A stretch of 64,000 nucleotides of DNA from Candidatus Poribacteria bacterium (GTDB lineage Bacteria > Poribacteria > WGA-4E > WGA-3G), in contig JAJEET010000143.1 of assembly GCA_022820835.1 (NCBI GenBank), positions 9,414 to 73,413 of the forward strand, read 5' to 3'. Below are positions 20,628-29,683 of this stretch, in pieces. Every line of letters begins with the position of its first letter. The first letter of the stretch is position 1. The position numbers were made by a program, and so were the translations under genes. Below the pieces are notes generated by a model that worked only from the letters and a program-made list of their open reading frames with translations, did not search any database and was not told the DNA's origin.

Positions 20628-21524
20628 ATGGATTGGGCAAGAATCACAGTAACCACCTCACACAACGCATCCGAGGCGGTCGCGAATTGTCTCTTTGAAC
20701 TGAATGCCACGGGTGTTGAATTCAGTTCGATTGATGACACCACAGTCAACCTTATCGCTTACTACCCGTTAGATGATCGTGTCGGCGCACGGATGCAGAA
20801 GCTCCGAGACTTCCTTGCGGAACTTCCAATGTGGGACATCCAACCCGGTCCCGCAACGATTAACTTAAAACACGTCAAATCTGAAAAGTGGGTGGAAGCT
20901 TGGAAAGCAGCGTTCCCACCGAAGCGCATCGGAAAACGGATGATTATCGTACCGACATGGCACGAGACATCTCGCGACGAAACCGACATCTTGATACAAC
21001 TTGACCCGGGAATGGCGTTCGGCACAGGATACCATCCAACGACACGGCTCTCCCTCGCGTTGTTAGAGGATACCGTCAAAACCGATGATCATGTCGCAGA
21101 TATCGGAACCGGTTCAGGGATTTTATCAATTGCCGCTGTTAAACTCGGCGCGAAACAGGTACACGCGATTGAAATTGATCCGACAGCGATTCCTATCGCC
21201 GCTGAGAACTTCCAAACAAACGGTGTAACATCGCAGGTGTTCTTGTCTCAAGGTGATGGACTCAAGCATACAGACGACACATACCATCTCATCATCGGTA
21301 ACATTTTAACGAAAACCATCCTTCCGATCATCCCGAATTGTCCGTCCCGACTACATCCGGGAGGTAGCGTCATCTTTTCTGGTATCTTGGAGACCGAACT
21401 TGAACAGGTTCAATCTGTGTTAGAGGAGAACAACTTTAAAGATCAGCAGACCATCAGCGAGGAAGAGGATAATATCACGTGGGTCGGTGTCAAGGCAAGG
21501 GCGAATTGTAGCACAAACTGTTAG
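20628..21524 (+). CDS. prmA: Ribosomal protein L11 methyltransferase
   Basis: PrmA N-terminal domain plus SAM-binding motif DIGTGSGILSIAA. Conserved dnaJ-prmA adjacency. Confidence 0.85.
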   Translation: MDWARITVTTSHNASEAVANCLFELNATGVEFSSIDDTTVNLIAYYPLDDRVGARMQKLRDFLAELPMWDIQPGPATINLKHVKSEKWVEAWKAAFPPKRIGKRMIIVPTWHETSRDETDILIQLDPGMAFGTGYHPTTRLSLALLEDTVKTDDHVADIGTGSGILSIAAVKLGAKQVHAIEIDPTAIPIAAENFQTNGVTSQVFLSQGDGLKHTDDTYHLIIGNILTKTILPIIPNCPSRLHPGGSVIFSGILETELEQVQSVLEENNFKDQQTISEEEDNITWVGVKARANCSTNC

Positions 21525-21579
21525 TTTGTGTTTCCGTATTGTATCACTTCATAAATTCAGAAATAGTGTTATAAAACAA

Positions 21580-21840
21580 CTAACGCTCTGTCTGCTCTTT
21601 TGATAAACCGTGGCAGAGGTTACAATTACCGAGATTAAGGTGTGGCATCGTTGGCGACTCTTCATCACCTATCAAGTGGCACTTCAGACATTCCGCAACT
21701 TCATTTATACGATGCACCTCAATATTGGAACGCGCAGGTGCTGCGTTGAAAAAGAGAATAACCATAACTATCGCAAAGATGAGACCGATAACACAGACGA
21801 TATACATCAGCGTCCTGGCACTGGCTTGTTCTGTTGGCAT
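21580..21840 (-). CDS. Small membrane-anchored putative di-haem c-type cytochrome
   Basis: 86 aa with one TM helix and two CxxCH motifs (CLKCH, CNLCH). Confidence 0.4.
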   Translation of the reverse strand: MPTEQASARTLMYIVCVIGLIFAIVMVILFFNAAPARSNIEVHRINEVAECLKCHLIGDEESPTMPHLNLGNCNLCHGLSKEQTER

Positions 21841-21859
21841 TGGCTTAAAACGAGGCTCC

Positions 21860-22675
21860 TTATTTGAAGAAGGGAAATAGGATAGGGATATTATCTGCTG
21901 TCAGCGATGAACCGTATTCGCATCCTTCAAACGCCTCTGCGTATTGGATTTGCGATCCCGCTCCTTCACCATACAGTGCTATCAATTGATCCCGATACTT
22001 TTCAGCTGTTCCACGAAACCGGTTGCGCAACCGTTCAGCGAGCCACACACGACGATCCGATGCCCCTGTAGGAACCGTATCCAACGTGCCACTGTTATAA
22101 GGAAGCCACTCGTAGAACTGTGATACATGGCAGTGAAGCATATCAATCTTCTGCTCTATCACGGCATCAATACCAACGACGACATCCGGCGTGAACGGAT
22201 ACGGCTTCATGAAACCGTCACTCAAATAGACGATAACAGGATTCTTTTGCAGGTGTGGCGTGAGCGCGCAAATGTTTGGGACAGTCACCATATACGCAGC
22301 ATCTTGCACCAACGTTGACGTGTACCGATGATCCGGATGATAATCGTTCGGACGGTGCGTCATAATTAAGTCTGGACGGAACTCGCGAATCGTGCGGATA
22401 ATCTTGTAGCGATTCTCTAATGTCGGCATCAGTTCGCCGTCGTGATTATCCAATAAATCATATTCAATTCCGATAACGTCGGCAGCGGCTTGTGCTTCGG
22501 CATAGCGTCGCTGTGCCAAGGGACCGCCACCCATTTCATGGTGTCCTGCGTCACCGTTCGTAACGGAGACAAACTTAACATGGTGTCCTTGCTGTACATA
22601 CAGGGCAGCGACCCCGCCTGCTTTGATATCACAGTCATCGGGATGTGCGCCAAAGACCAATATATTTAATGACAT
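21860..22675 (-). CDS. PIG-L/LmbE-family N-acetylglucosaminyl deacetylase
   Basis: MSLNILVFGAHPDDCDIKAGG and HHDHR-type zinc-binding motifs. Start placed at the internal ATG (22675) rather than the 22777 ORF start. Confidence 0.75.
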   Translation of the reverse strand: MSLNILVFGAHPDDCDIKAGGVAALYVQQGHHVKFVSVTNGDAGHHEMGGGPLAQRRYAEAQAAADVIGIEYDLLDNHDGELMPTLENRYKIIRTIREFRPDLIMTHRPNDYHPDHRYTSTLVQDAAYMVTVPNICALTPHLQKNPVIVYLSDGFMKPYPFTPDVVVGIDAVIEQKIDMLHCHVSQFYEWLPYNSGTLDTVPTGASDRRVWLAERLRNRFRGTAEKYRDQLIALYGEGAGSQIQYAEAFEGCEYGSSLTADNIPILFPFFK

Positions 22676-22880
22676 AATGTTGTGTCCATTTTGAAAATGA
22701 TCCTGTTTGTTAATATTATAGCAGCTTTCATAAGAAAACGTAATTTCAATTTGACTTTTTCTCAATTTTCTATACAATTGGGAAAAGCGTGTTAAAAAGG
22801 CAGAGGAAATTCTATTTTATCGATAATATGCTAAGGAAACGTTGGCGCACTCATAGAGGCAGGAACTCTGGAACAACCTT

Positions 22881-23348
22881 ATGAAAAACTCGAAAGTTGA
22901 AGTCTACTATAAACCCGAAGTCCCTGATACTGTCGGAGACGGGATTCTTGAGGATATCACCGATCTCGGTATCAGTGGTGTTGATGCTGTCCGTACTGCT
23001 ACTGTCTATTGGATTGAAGGCACGCTTAATACACAAACCGTTGACCGAATCGGTTCGGAACTCCTTGCAGACCCGATCACACAAACTTACACTTGCGCTA
23101 ACCAAGATAACGCTTCAAAAGACTGGACGTTGGAAGTCCAATTTAAGCCCGGTGTTACCGACGCAGTTGGCGATAGTACAGTCAAAGGCATCCAAGATTT
23201 AGGGATCACAGGTGTCACTACCGTCCGTACCGGGCATAAGTACTGGCTGACTGGTGACCTAAACGCTGAACGGATTGAAACAATAGCGCAGAGACTCCTG
23301 ATGAACGATGTCATCCAAACGTTTTCTTATCGAGCACCGGTGTCGTAA
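22881..23348 (+). CDS. purS: PurS-like protein with two tandem PurS domains (FGAM synthase PurS subunit, internally duplicated)
   Basis: Two ~75-aa repeats with shared motifs (KPGVxDxxGD ... LGI(S/T)GV ... VRTG ... ADPITQTY). Each resembles a single-domain PurS. Confidence 0.55.
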   Translation: MKNSKVEVYYKPEVPDTVGDGILEDITDLGISGVDAVRTATVYWIEGTLNTQTVDRIGSELLADPITQTYTCANQDNASKDWTLEVQFKPGVTDAVGDSTVKGIQDLGITGVTTVRTGHKYWLTGDLNAERIETIAQRLLMNDVIQTFSYRAPVS

Positions 23349-23356
23349 TGGAACAC

Positions 23357-24169
23357 CTAACTCGCGTACACTCGGATCACAGTGCCTAAGTTTACCTGAA
23401 CCAACACAGCCGTTGCTGCTTGGCGAAGCATGAAACGGAAACCTGTCATCGGACTTACGCGTTTCGGTCTACCCAGCGTGATGTCGCTAAACCCATGTTT
23501 CTGCAGCAGCTTCGGTAAAGAGGACGCGGAGAAATAGTACAGATGGTCATGCGGATGGACGTAGGGCCAATCCGCCTTCTGCAAACGGCTCTGTAGGCTC
23601 TCGCCATTCGGCACTTCAATGACCAAAGTGCCGGTTTTCGGTTTCAGAACGCGACGCAACTCACTGAGAAACGGATTTAATTCTGAGATATGCTCTAACA
23701 CATGGTAGAGTGTAATTGCGTCGAAATATGCAGATGGAAAATCCGCGTCAAAGATATACCCACATTGTACATCGAGTTTATAATTCTCTTTAGCAAAGGC
23801 ACTCCCACTTTTAGATGGATCAATACCGTGTGATTCCCACCCCTGCTCGCGCGCCAGATGTAAAAACGTACCGATACCACATCCGACATCCAACAGTCGC
23901 CCTCTGATCGGACATTGTGCCTCCAACTCTGTGAGGCGTTCTGTCATCTGTAACCATTCCATACTACCTGTATGGATACGTTCTACTTTATCCGGTGGAT
24001 AGTACGTCTCGGTGTATTCAGCCTCAAGCGTCTGACGACGGATCCTCGGATTCACATATCGTAACCGGCACTGCTGGCATATTACCACGGACAGCGAATC
24101 TTTATCAAAAAGTGGTGCCGTGTCGTCCGCTTCACAAATTGGGCAGTTAATATGTTCTAACGGGCTCAT
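23357..24169 (-). CDS. Class I SAM-dependent methyltransferase with an N-terminal CxxC...CxxC zinc ribbon
   Basis: CPICEADD..CQQC followed by SAM motif I LLDVGCGIGTF. Confidence 0.7.
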   Translation of the reverse strand: MSPLEHINCPICEADDTAPLFDKDSLSVVICQQCRLRYVNPRIRRQTLEAEYTETYYPPDKVERIHTGSMEWLQMTERLTELEAQCPIRGRLLDVGCGIGTFLHLAREQGWESHGIDPSKSGSAFAKENYKLDVQCGYIFDADFPSAYFDAITLYHVLEHISELNPFLSELRRVLKPKTGTLVIEVPNGESLQSRLQKADWPYVHPHDHLYYFSASSLPKLLQKHGFSDITLGRPKRVSPMTGFRFMLRQAATAVLVQVNLGTVIRVYAS

Positions 24170-24192
24170 CAGTTTTATCGTTCCACTAAAAA

Positions 24193-25167
24193 TTAAAACA
24201 GTGGTACGCCTTGTGCTTCAACATATACCGAGTAAAGCGACTGGCTGCCTGCCATAAACAGTCTGTTCCGTTTTACACCACCAAAACACAGATTCGCACA
24301 GATTTCTGGCAGATGGATATGTCCGATCCGCGTCCCGTCTGGTGCGAAAACGTGTACACCGTCGTAACCGTCTCCAACCCATCCTGCACTTGCCCATAGA
24401 TTCCCATCAACATCGCACCGGATCCCGTCAGCGATACCCGGTGCCATATCGCAGAACACCTCTTGTTTGCCGAGACGTTCACCGTCAATGACATCATAGA
24501 CATAAATATTCCGAGGCGTTCCCTCTGTGTGTGTAACCCCTGTATCTACAATATAAAGTTTATCATAATCGGGTGAGAAACAGATACCGTTCGGCTTTTC
24601 GAGTTCATCTGTCGCAACGGTCGCCTCACCGGTATCTGGATTGAGGCGATAAACACAGGTCGGCAGCTCAAAATCGGCGATATGTCCTTCGTAGTTGAGC
24701 ATAATCCCGTAACCGGGATCGGTAAACCAGATATGTCCATCCGAGTGGACAGCAACATCATTCGGGGCATTGAGCGGTTTGCCATCAAAGGTTCCAAGCA
24801 GCACGGTAATCGTTCCATCATGTTCCGTTCGGGTGACGCGGCGTGCACCGTGTTCACAACTGATGAGCCGCCCTTGCCGGTCCCGGGTGTGTCCATTACT
24901 GTAGTTAGACGGTTGTCGATAGACACTTACTTGCCCGTTAGATTCCTCCCATTTCAGTATCCGGTTGTTCGGAATATCGCTCCAGAGGAGATACCCACCA
25001 TCCCCGAACCAGACAGGTCCCTCCGACCAGCGCGCACCTGTCCACAACCGTTCAACAACGGAGTTACCAATCTTATATTTCCCAAAACGCGGATCAAGCA
25101 CCTCAATCGCCGGATCAGGATAACGGACAATTGATCCATCCCATTTTCTTTCCGATGCTGTAGTCAT
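24193..25167 (-). CDS. SMP-30/gluconolactonase/LRE-family beta-propeller protein
   Basis: Motif pattern typical of 6-bladed SGL propellers (WSEGPVWFGDGGYLLWSDIPNNRI). Confidence 0.7.
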   Translation of the reverse strand: MTTASERKWDGSIVRYPDPAIEVLDPRFGKYKIGNSVVERLWTGARWSEGPVWFGDGGYLLWSDIPNNRILKWEESNGQVSVYRQPSNYSNGHTRDRQGRLISCEHGARRVTRTEHDGTITVLLGTFDGKPLNAPNDVAVHSDGHIWFTDPGYGIMLNYEGHIADFELPTCVYRLNPDTGEATVATDELEKPNGICFSPDYDKLYIVDTGVTHTEGTPRNIYVYDVIDGERLGKQEVFCDMAPGIADGIRCDVDGNLWASAGWVGDGYDGVHVFAPDGTRIGHIHLPEICANLCFGGVKRNRLFMAGSQSLYSVYVEAQGVPLF

Positions 25168-25220
25168 ACATCTGCCTCCAAGTTCCCAGTAAATAGTGGT
25201 ATGTTTTCGATTCTAATAGG

Positions 25221-25261
25221 ACTTACGCAGCCCCCTTGCAGGCGGGGTTTGCAACCCCGCC
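25221..25261. repeat. Intergenic repeat copy ACTTACGCAGCCCCCTTGCAGGCGGGGTTTGCAACCCCGCC (hairpin family)
   Basis: Shares the palindrome and the 5' flank (ACnTACGCAGC) with copies at 34721 and 42057. Located in a divergent intergenic region. Confidence 0.7.
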
Positions 25262-25415
25262 TATTACGTAACTTCTGAAAAAAAATGCATAAACCCTATC
25301 TAAATAGTATATCATAAATTGAGATGTCGTATACAGAAAATCTCAGTTGACCTATTCCGAAGTTTATGGTATTCTCTAAGTCACTTGAGATATTCATAAG
25401 ATTTACGCAACATAG

Positions 25416-26615
25416 ATGAACGTAAAAAATGGGAGAGCAAAGATGATCCATGTAGGTGTCGGGCATTCACATGACCTCTCCACTGCCGGAGCAGCAGAAG
25501 AAGCAACACGTATAGCGATGGGAAACGCTGGCATCGCTAAGGCAGACATTGCTATCGTATTCGCAACGATTAACTATCAGACAGCGTATGAGCAGTTATA
25601 TCAAGCAGTTCACGACTTCTCAAGTTGTGACGAACTCATCGGATGTAGCGGCATGAGCGTCTTGACTTCAGGGGGTGAGTTTGAAGACGAACCCGCGCTT
25701 GTTGTAATGGTCCTACGAAGTGACCAAATCTCTGCAGTCTCGTTTAGCGCAGAAGGCACAGAAACCGAGATAGGACAACAGATTCTACAGAACGTTCAAT
25801 CTCAACTTCAAGACAATTCGCTACTCATAATCTTTCCAGACATCCGCACTGTCGAACCTGCGGAACTCGTGAACCAGATTGGTAGCGATGGTACGACGCT
25901 TCCTGTCGTCGGTGCCGCCGTTTCTGGAGACGCAACGGGGGCACAGATGTACCACTGGAAAGGGACACAAGCAACGGAAGGCGGTGTTACGGGATTCCTG
26001 CTAACCGGAAAATTCAGAGCGCAGATCGGTGTGGCACAGGGCTGTCAGCCGATCGGTGAACCCCGTGAAGTCACGAAATCCGAGGGGCGCGTTATCTTTG
26101 AATTGGACGGTGAACCGGCACTGGAAAATTTTAAAAACGTTTTGAAACTCCTTACACAAGACGACATTCGACGATCCGGGGGCACGATCTTTATGGGCAT
26201 TGCCATGGATGATACAAACAGGAACCCGACACGCGGTGATTTCCTCATCCGTAATCTTGTCGGTGTTAATGAGGAGCATGCAGCAATCGCCATATCCGAA
26301 GAGGTCAAAGACGGACAACTCGTTCAGTTTCACCTTCGGAACCCGCGTGCCGCCGCGGAAGAGATCCGAACGATTATCGCGCAATTAGCTGAAAAGACCG
26401 AGAAACATCCACCCGATTTCGGACTCTATTTTAACTGTCTCGGACGTGGGAAAGGACTCTACGGTACCGCACATCACGACATCAGTGTTATACAAGAGCA
26501 GTTCCCCGGATTACCTGTCATCGGATTCTTCGGAAACTCCGAATTCGCGCCTATCGGCGGACAGAACTTCGCACACGCCTATACGGGTGTGTTTGTACTT
26601 TGTAGTGGAAACTAA
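25416..26615 (+). CDS. FIST-domain (FIST_N + FIST_C) sensory protein
   Basis: Architecture and C-terminal motifs typical of FIST proteins (LYFNCLGRGKGLYG ... GFFGNSEFAPI). An alternative start lies at 25443. Confidence 0.65.
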   Translation: MNVKNGRAKMIHVGVGHSHDLSTAGAAEEATRIAMGNAGIAKADIAIVFATINYQTAYEQLYQAVHDFSSCDELIGCSGMSVLTSGGEFEDEPALVVMVLRSDQISAVSFSAEGTETEIGQQILQNVQSQLQDNSLLIIFPDIRTVEPAELVNQIGSDGTTLPVVGAAVSGDATGAQMYHWKGTQATEGGVTGFLLTGKFRAQIGVAQGCQPIGEPREVTKSEGRVIFELDGEPALENFKNVLKLLTQDDIRRSGGTIFMGIAMDDTNRNPTRGDFLIRNLVGVNEEHAAIAISEEVKDGQLVQFHLRNPRAAAEEIRTIIAQLAEKTEKHPPDFGLYFNCLGRGKGLYGTAHHDISVIQEQFPGLPVIGFFGNSEFAPIGGQNFAHAYTGVFVLCSGN

Positions 26616-26634
26616 ATTCTTCAAGGAGTGGAAA

Positions 26635-27471
26635 ATGAGCAAAGAACTTTTTGTCAGTCGAGAATTTACACCCGTCAACGGATGGACATCCGGGATTGAG
26701 GGACCCGCTTGTGACGCGGAAGGCAATCTATATGCCGTCAACTACGAGAGACAACACACCATCGGTAAGGTAACGCCTGATGGTGTCGAAAGCGTGTTCG
26801 TCGAACTACCAACCGGTAGTATCGGTAACGGGATCCGATTTAACAGCGAAGGATTCATGTTCATCGCAGACTATACCAATCACAATGTCCTCAAAGTAGA
26901 TATGGAGACACGGGCGATCAGTGTCCACGCACACGAACCGACAATGAACCAACCTAACGATCTCGCTATCGGTGCGAACGACATCCTCTACGCCAGCGAT
27001 CCGAATTGGGGTGCCTCAACAGGACAAATTTGGAGAATAGATACAGACGGTCAGGTGACATTGTTGGAAGCGGATATGGGGACCACCAACGGGATTGAGG
27101 TGAGTCCAGATGAAAAGGTGTTATATGTCAACGAATCCGCACAACGCAACGTCTGGGCTTACGATCTGTCGCCTGACGGTGAAATTAGCAATAAACGGTT
27201 ACTGATTCAGTTCCCTGATTTCAATATGGATGGAATGCGCTGCGATGTTGAAGGAAATCTCTATATCACTCGGCATGGCAAAGGTACAGTCGCGAAGCTC
27301 TCACCTGAAGGTGAAGTACTATTGGAAGTACAACTAACAGGCAAGCTCTGCTCGAACATCGCTTTCGGCGGTTCTGATGGACGCACCTGCTACGTCACAA
27401 TGGCAGACCGTGGAAATGTAGAGGTATTTCGCGCGGATCTCCCCGGTAGAAGTTGGCAACTCTTTCAATAA
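26635..27471 (+). CDS. SMP-30/gluconolactonase/LRE-family protein (second paralog)
   Basis: SD AAGGAGTGG precedes the ATG at 26635. Six-bladed propeller-like repeats. The upstream extension in the track overlaps the FIST gene. Confidence 0.7.
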   Translation: MSKELFVSREFTPVNGWTSGIEGPACDAEGNLYAVNYERQHTIGKVTPDGVESVFVELPTGSIGNGIRFNSEGFMFIADYTNHNVLKVDMETRAISVHAHEPTMNQPNDLAIGANDILYASDPNWGASTGQIWRIDTDGQVTLLEADMGTTNGIEVSPDEKVLYVNESAQRNVWAYDLSPDGEISNKRLLIQFPDFNMDGMRCDVEGNLYITRHGKGTVAKLSPEGEVLLEVQLTGKLCSNIAFGGSDGRTCYVTMADRGNVEVFRADLPGRSWQLFQ

Positions 27472-27610
27472 GTTCACGTAGGCTTTATTTAGTATCGGGC
27501 GAGGAGACCTCGCCCCTACGGTTTTCGGAACACCCTTGACAACGCTGCTAATTTATGATAACATTATTACATACTATTCTCCATTCAAAACTATCAGAAC
27601 ACTTGATGTT

Positions 27611-28162
27611 ATGGAACAATACGAATCCGTTTTAAAACGACTTGAGAGAACGGCAAAAGAATATACCAACATCGCACCCGAAAATGGTCAGTTCCTCTCT
27701 ATCCTCATCTGTTCTATTCACGCACAAAATGTGCTTGAGGTCGGAACAAGTAACGGATACTCTGCAATCTATCTCGCGGCAGCGTTGAAGGAAACAGGCG
27801 GCAAGCTCATCACACTGGAGTTTGACCCGATGCGTGCAGCCGAAGCAGAGGCACATCTTCAGGAAGTCGGGTTAGACAACATCGTTGATGTCCGCATCGG
27901 AAATGCGATCGACGAGATACCCAAATGTGAAGCGACCTTTGATCTTGTGTTCCTTGACGGAGAAAAAAGTGAATACCGACGCTACCTCGAATTGGCGTTC
28001 CCTAACATCCGGACCGGCGGTTTAATCGTCGCCGATGATACTGTTACCATGCGCGACGAAATGCCCGACTACATCGAATTTGTCTTTAACACGCCACAAC
28101 TACACTCCGTCGATATCCCTTTAGACGACGGGATCATTTTGAGCTACAAAACCGGAATGTAG
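27611..28162 (+). CDS. Class I SAM-dependent O-methyltransferase (caffeoyl-CoA OMT-like, family 3)
   Basis: VLEVGTSNGYSAIYLA and FDLVFLDGEK motifs. Confidence 0.75.
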   Translation: MEQYESVLKRLERTAKEYTNIAPENGQFLSILICSIHAQNVLEVGTSNGYSAIYLAAALKETGGKLITLEFDPMRAAEAEAHLQEVGLDNIVDVRIGNAIDEIPKCEATFDLVFLDGEKSEYRRYLELAFPNIRTGGLIVADDTVTMRDEMPDYIEFVFNTPQLHSVDIPLDDGIILSYKTGM

Positions 28163-29397
28163 TGTGTTCATATCCACGAACGACATCGAAAAGGATACCC
28201 AAAATTACCGTTCAATCTAAACTCTCAGACAAATCCACCCGCTTTAGCGAATCCGTCATCCGTGGTATGACGCAGCTCTGTTTGCGCCATAATGCGATTA
28301 ACTTATCACAAGGCACACCGGCGTACCAGCCGCCTCCCGAAGTCAAAGCCGCTGCGATTGCGGCAATCCAAGAAGGATACAATCAGTATAGCATCACGTG
28401 GGGGGCACCGGCATTCCGCGAGGCAATCGCCCAAAAGATGACCACTTTCAACGGTATCCCAACAGACGCTGACAAAAATGTAACTGTCACCTGCGGTTCA
28501 ACAGAGGGGATGCTCTCCGCACTCCTCGCGATTATCAACCCCGGCGACGAGATTATCATCTTTGAGCCGTTTTATGAAAATTATGGACCAGATACGATCA
28601 TCTCTGGCGCAGACCCTGTCTATGTAGCACTGCAGGAGACACCAGCAGCCGATGGCACTCTCCGTTTCACCTACGATCCTACCGAACTCCGAGACGCATT
28701 TTCCGCTAACACAAAGGCGATTATCATAAACACGCCGAATAATCCGCTCGGTAAGGTTTTTACACGGGACGAACTTCAAGAAATTGCCGATCTCTGCTGC
28801 GAATTCGATGTTCTCGCGATTACCGATGAAATCTACGAGCACATGATCTACGACAAAATACCGCATATCAGCATCGGATCTCTGCCACAGATGCGGGATA
28901 GGACGATCACTGTCTCCGGTTTAAGCAAGGCGTATTCAATGACGGGGTGGCGGTTAGGCTACGTTATCGCACCGGGGATATTAACAGATGCGGTCCGTAA
29001 GATGCACGATTTCCTCACCGTCGGTGCACCGCATCCGCTGCAACGTGCCGGGGTCGTCGCTCTCAATTTACCACCGAGTTACCATAAAGCATTGGTGGAA
29101 AAGTACGATAAGAATCGCAAGTTTCTCGTGGACTCCCTCACAAAAGCCGGGTTCCGTTGTCAGCAACCAGAGGGAGCATATTACATTATGACCGACATCA
29201 TCGATTTCGGTTTTTCTGACGATACAACGTTTGCACATTGGCTTGTCAAAGAAATAGGTGTCGGTGGCGTACCGGGCTCCAGTTTCTACAGTCGTTCGCA
29301 TCTCGGTAGAACGAAATTCAGATTCATGTTTAGTATGGCGGACGAGATACTCACCGAAGCCTGTGAACGCTTGATGCAGATCAAAGCGAAAATCTAA
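28162..29397 (+). CDS. PLP-dependent aminotransferase, class I/II (aspartate/methionine aminotransferase-like)
   Basis: AINLSQGTP, the NPTG-equivalent region, and SKAYSMTGWRLGY carrying the Schiff-base lysine. Non-ATG (GTG) start overlaps the upstream stop. Confidence 0.8.
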   Translation: MCSYPRTTSKRIPKITVQSKLSDKSTRFSESVIRGMTQLCLRHNAINLSQGTPAYQPPPEVKAAAIAAIQEGYNQYSITWGAPAFREAIAQKMTTFNGIPTDADKNVTVTCGSTEGMLSALLAIINPGDEIIIFEPFYENYGPDTIISGADPVYVALQETPAADGTLRFTYDPTELRDAFSANTKAIIINTPNNPLGKVFTRDELQEIADLCCEFDVLAITDEIYEHMIYDKIPHISIGSLPQMRDRTITVSGLSKAYSMTGWRLGYVIAPGILTDAVRKMHDFLTVGAPHPLQRAGVVALNLPPSYHKALVEKYDKNRKFLVDSLTKAGFRCQQPEGAYYIMTDIIDFGFSDDTTFAHWLVKEIGVGGVPGSSFYSRSHLGRTKFRFMFSMADEILTEACERLMQIKAKI

Positions 29398-29463
29398 ATA
29401 GGGTCCGTAGCACCAACTGTTAATCTTGTAAATCCTCTAATCCTGTGAATCCTGATTCACACA

Positions 29464-29682
29464 ATGGACACCAATATGGACATCTCACTTGAAAACGAAA
29501 CACTGAACATCTATAAGAGAGAAATTGAGGCACTCATTCAGCGTGACGAGAAGTATAGCCTCTTGGGTCCCGATGAACTTGATGCGATCGTGCACGCATT
29601 TGAATTTACGCTAAAAAACGGTCGCGATAAGGTCAGAGCACAGATGCTTTACGATCTTATTCACGAGAAAAAGGACAGATGA
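29464..29682 (+). CDS. Small hypothetical protein (72 aa) encoded immediately upstream of the SMC-like ATPase
   Basis: ORF ends 1 nt before the ATPase start; no recognisable motif. Confidence 0.35.
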   Translation: MDTNMDISLENETLNIYKREIEALIQRDEKYSLLGPDELDAIVHAFEFTLKNGRDKVRAQMLYDLIHEKKDR

Positions 29683-29683
29683 T

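Noticed and set aside
25330-25400. Sigma70-like promoter (TTGACC, 17 nt, TATTCT) upstream of the FIST gene
   Set aside because: The -10 element is a weak match and the lineage's promoter consensus is unknown. Not reported as a feature.
26446-26634. Upstream extension of the second SMP-30-like gene
   Set aside because: It overlaps the FIST gene, whereas a good SD (AAGGAGTGG) precedes the ATG at 26635.
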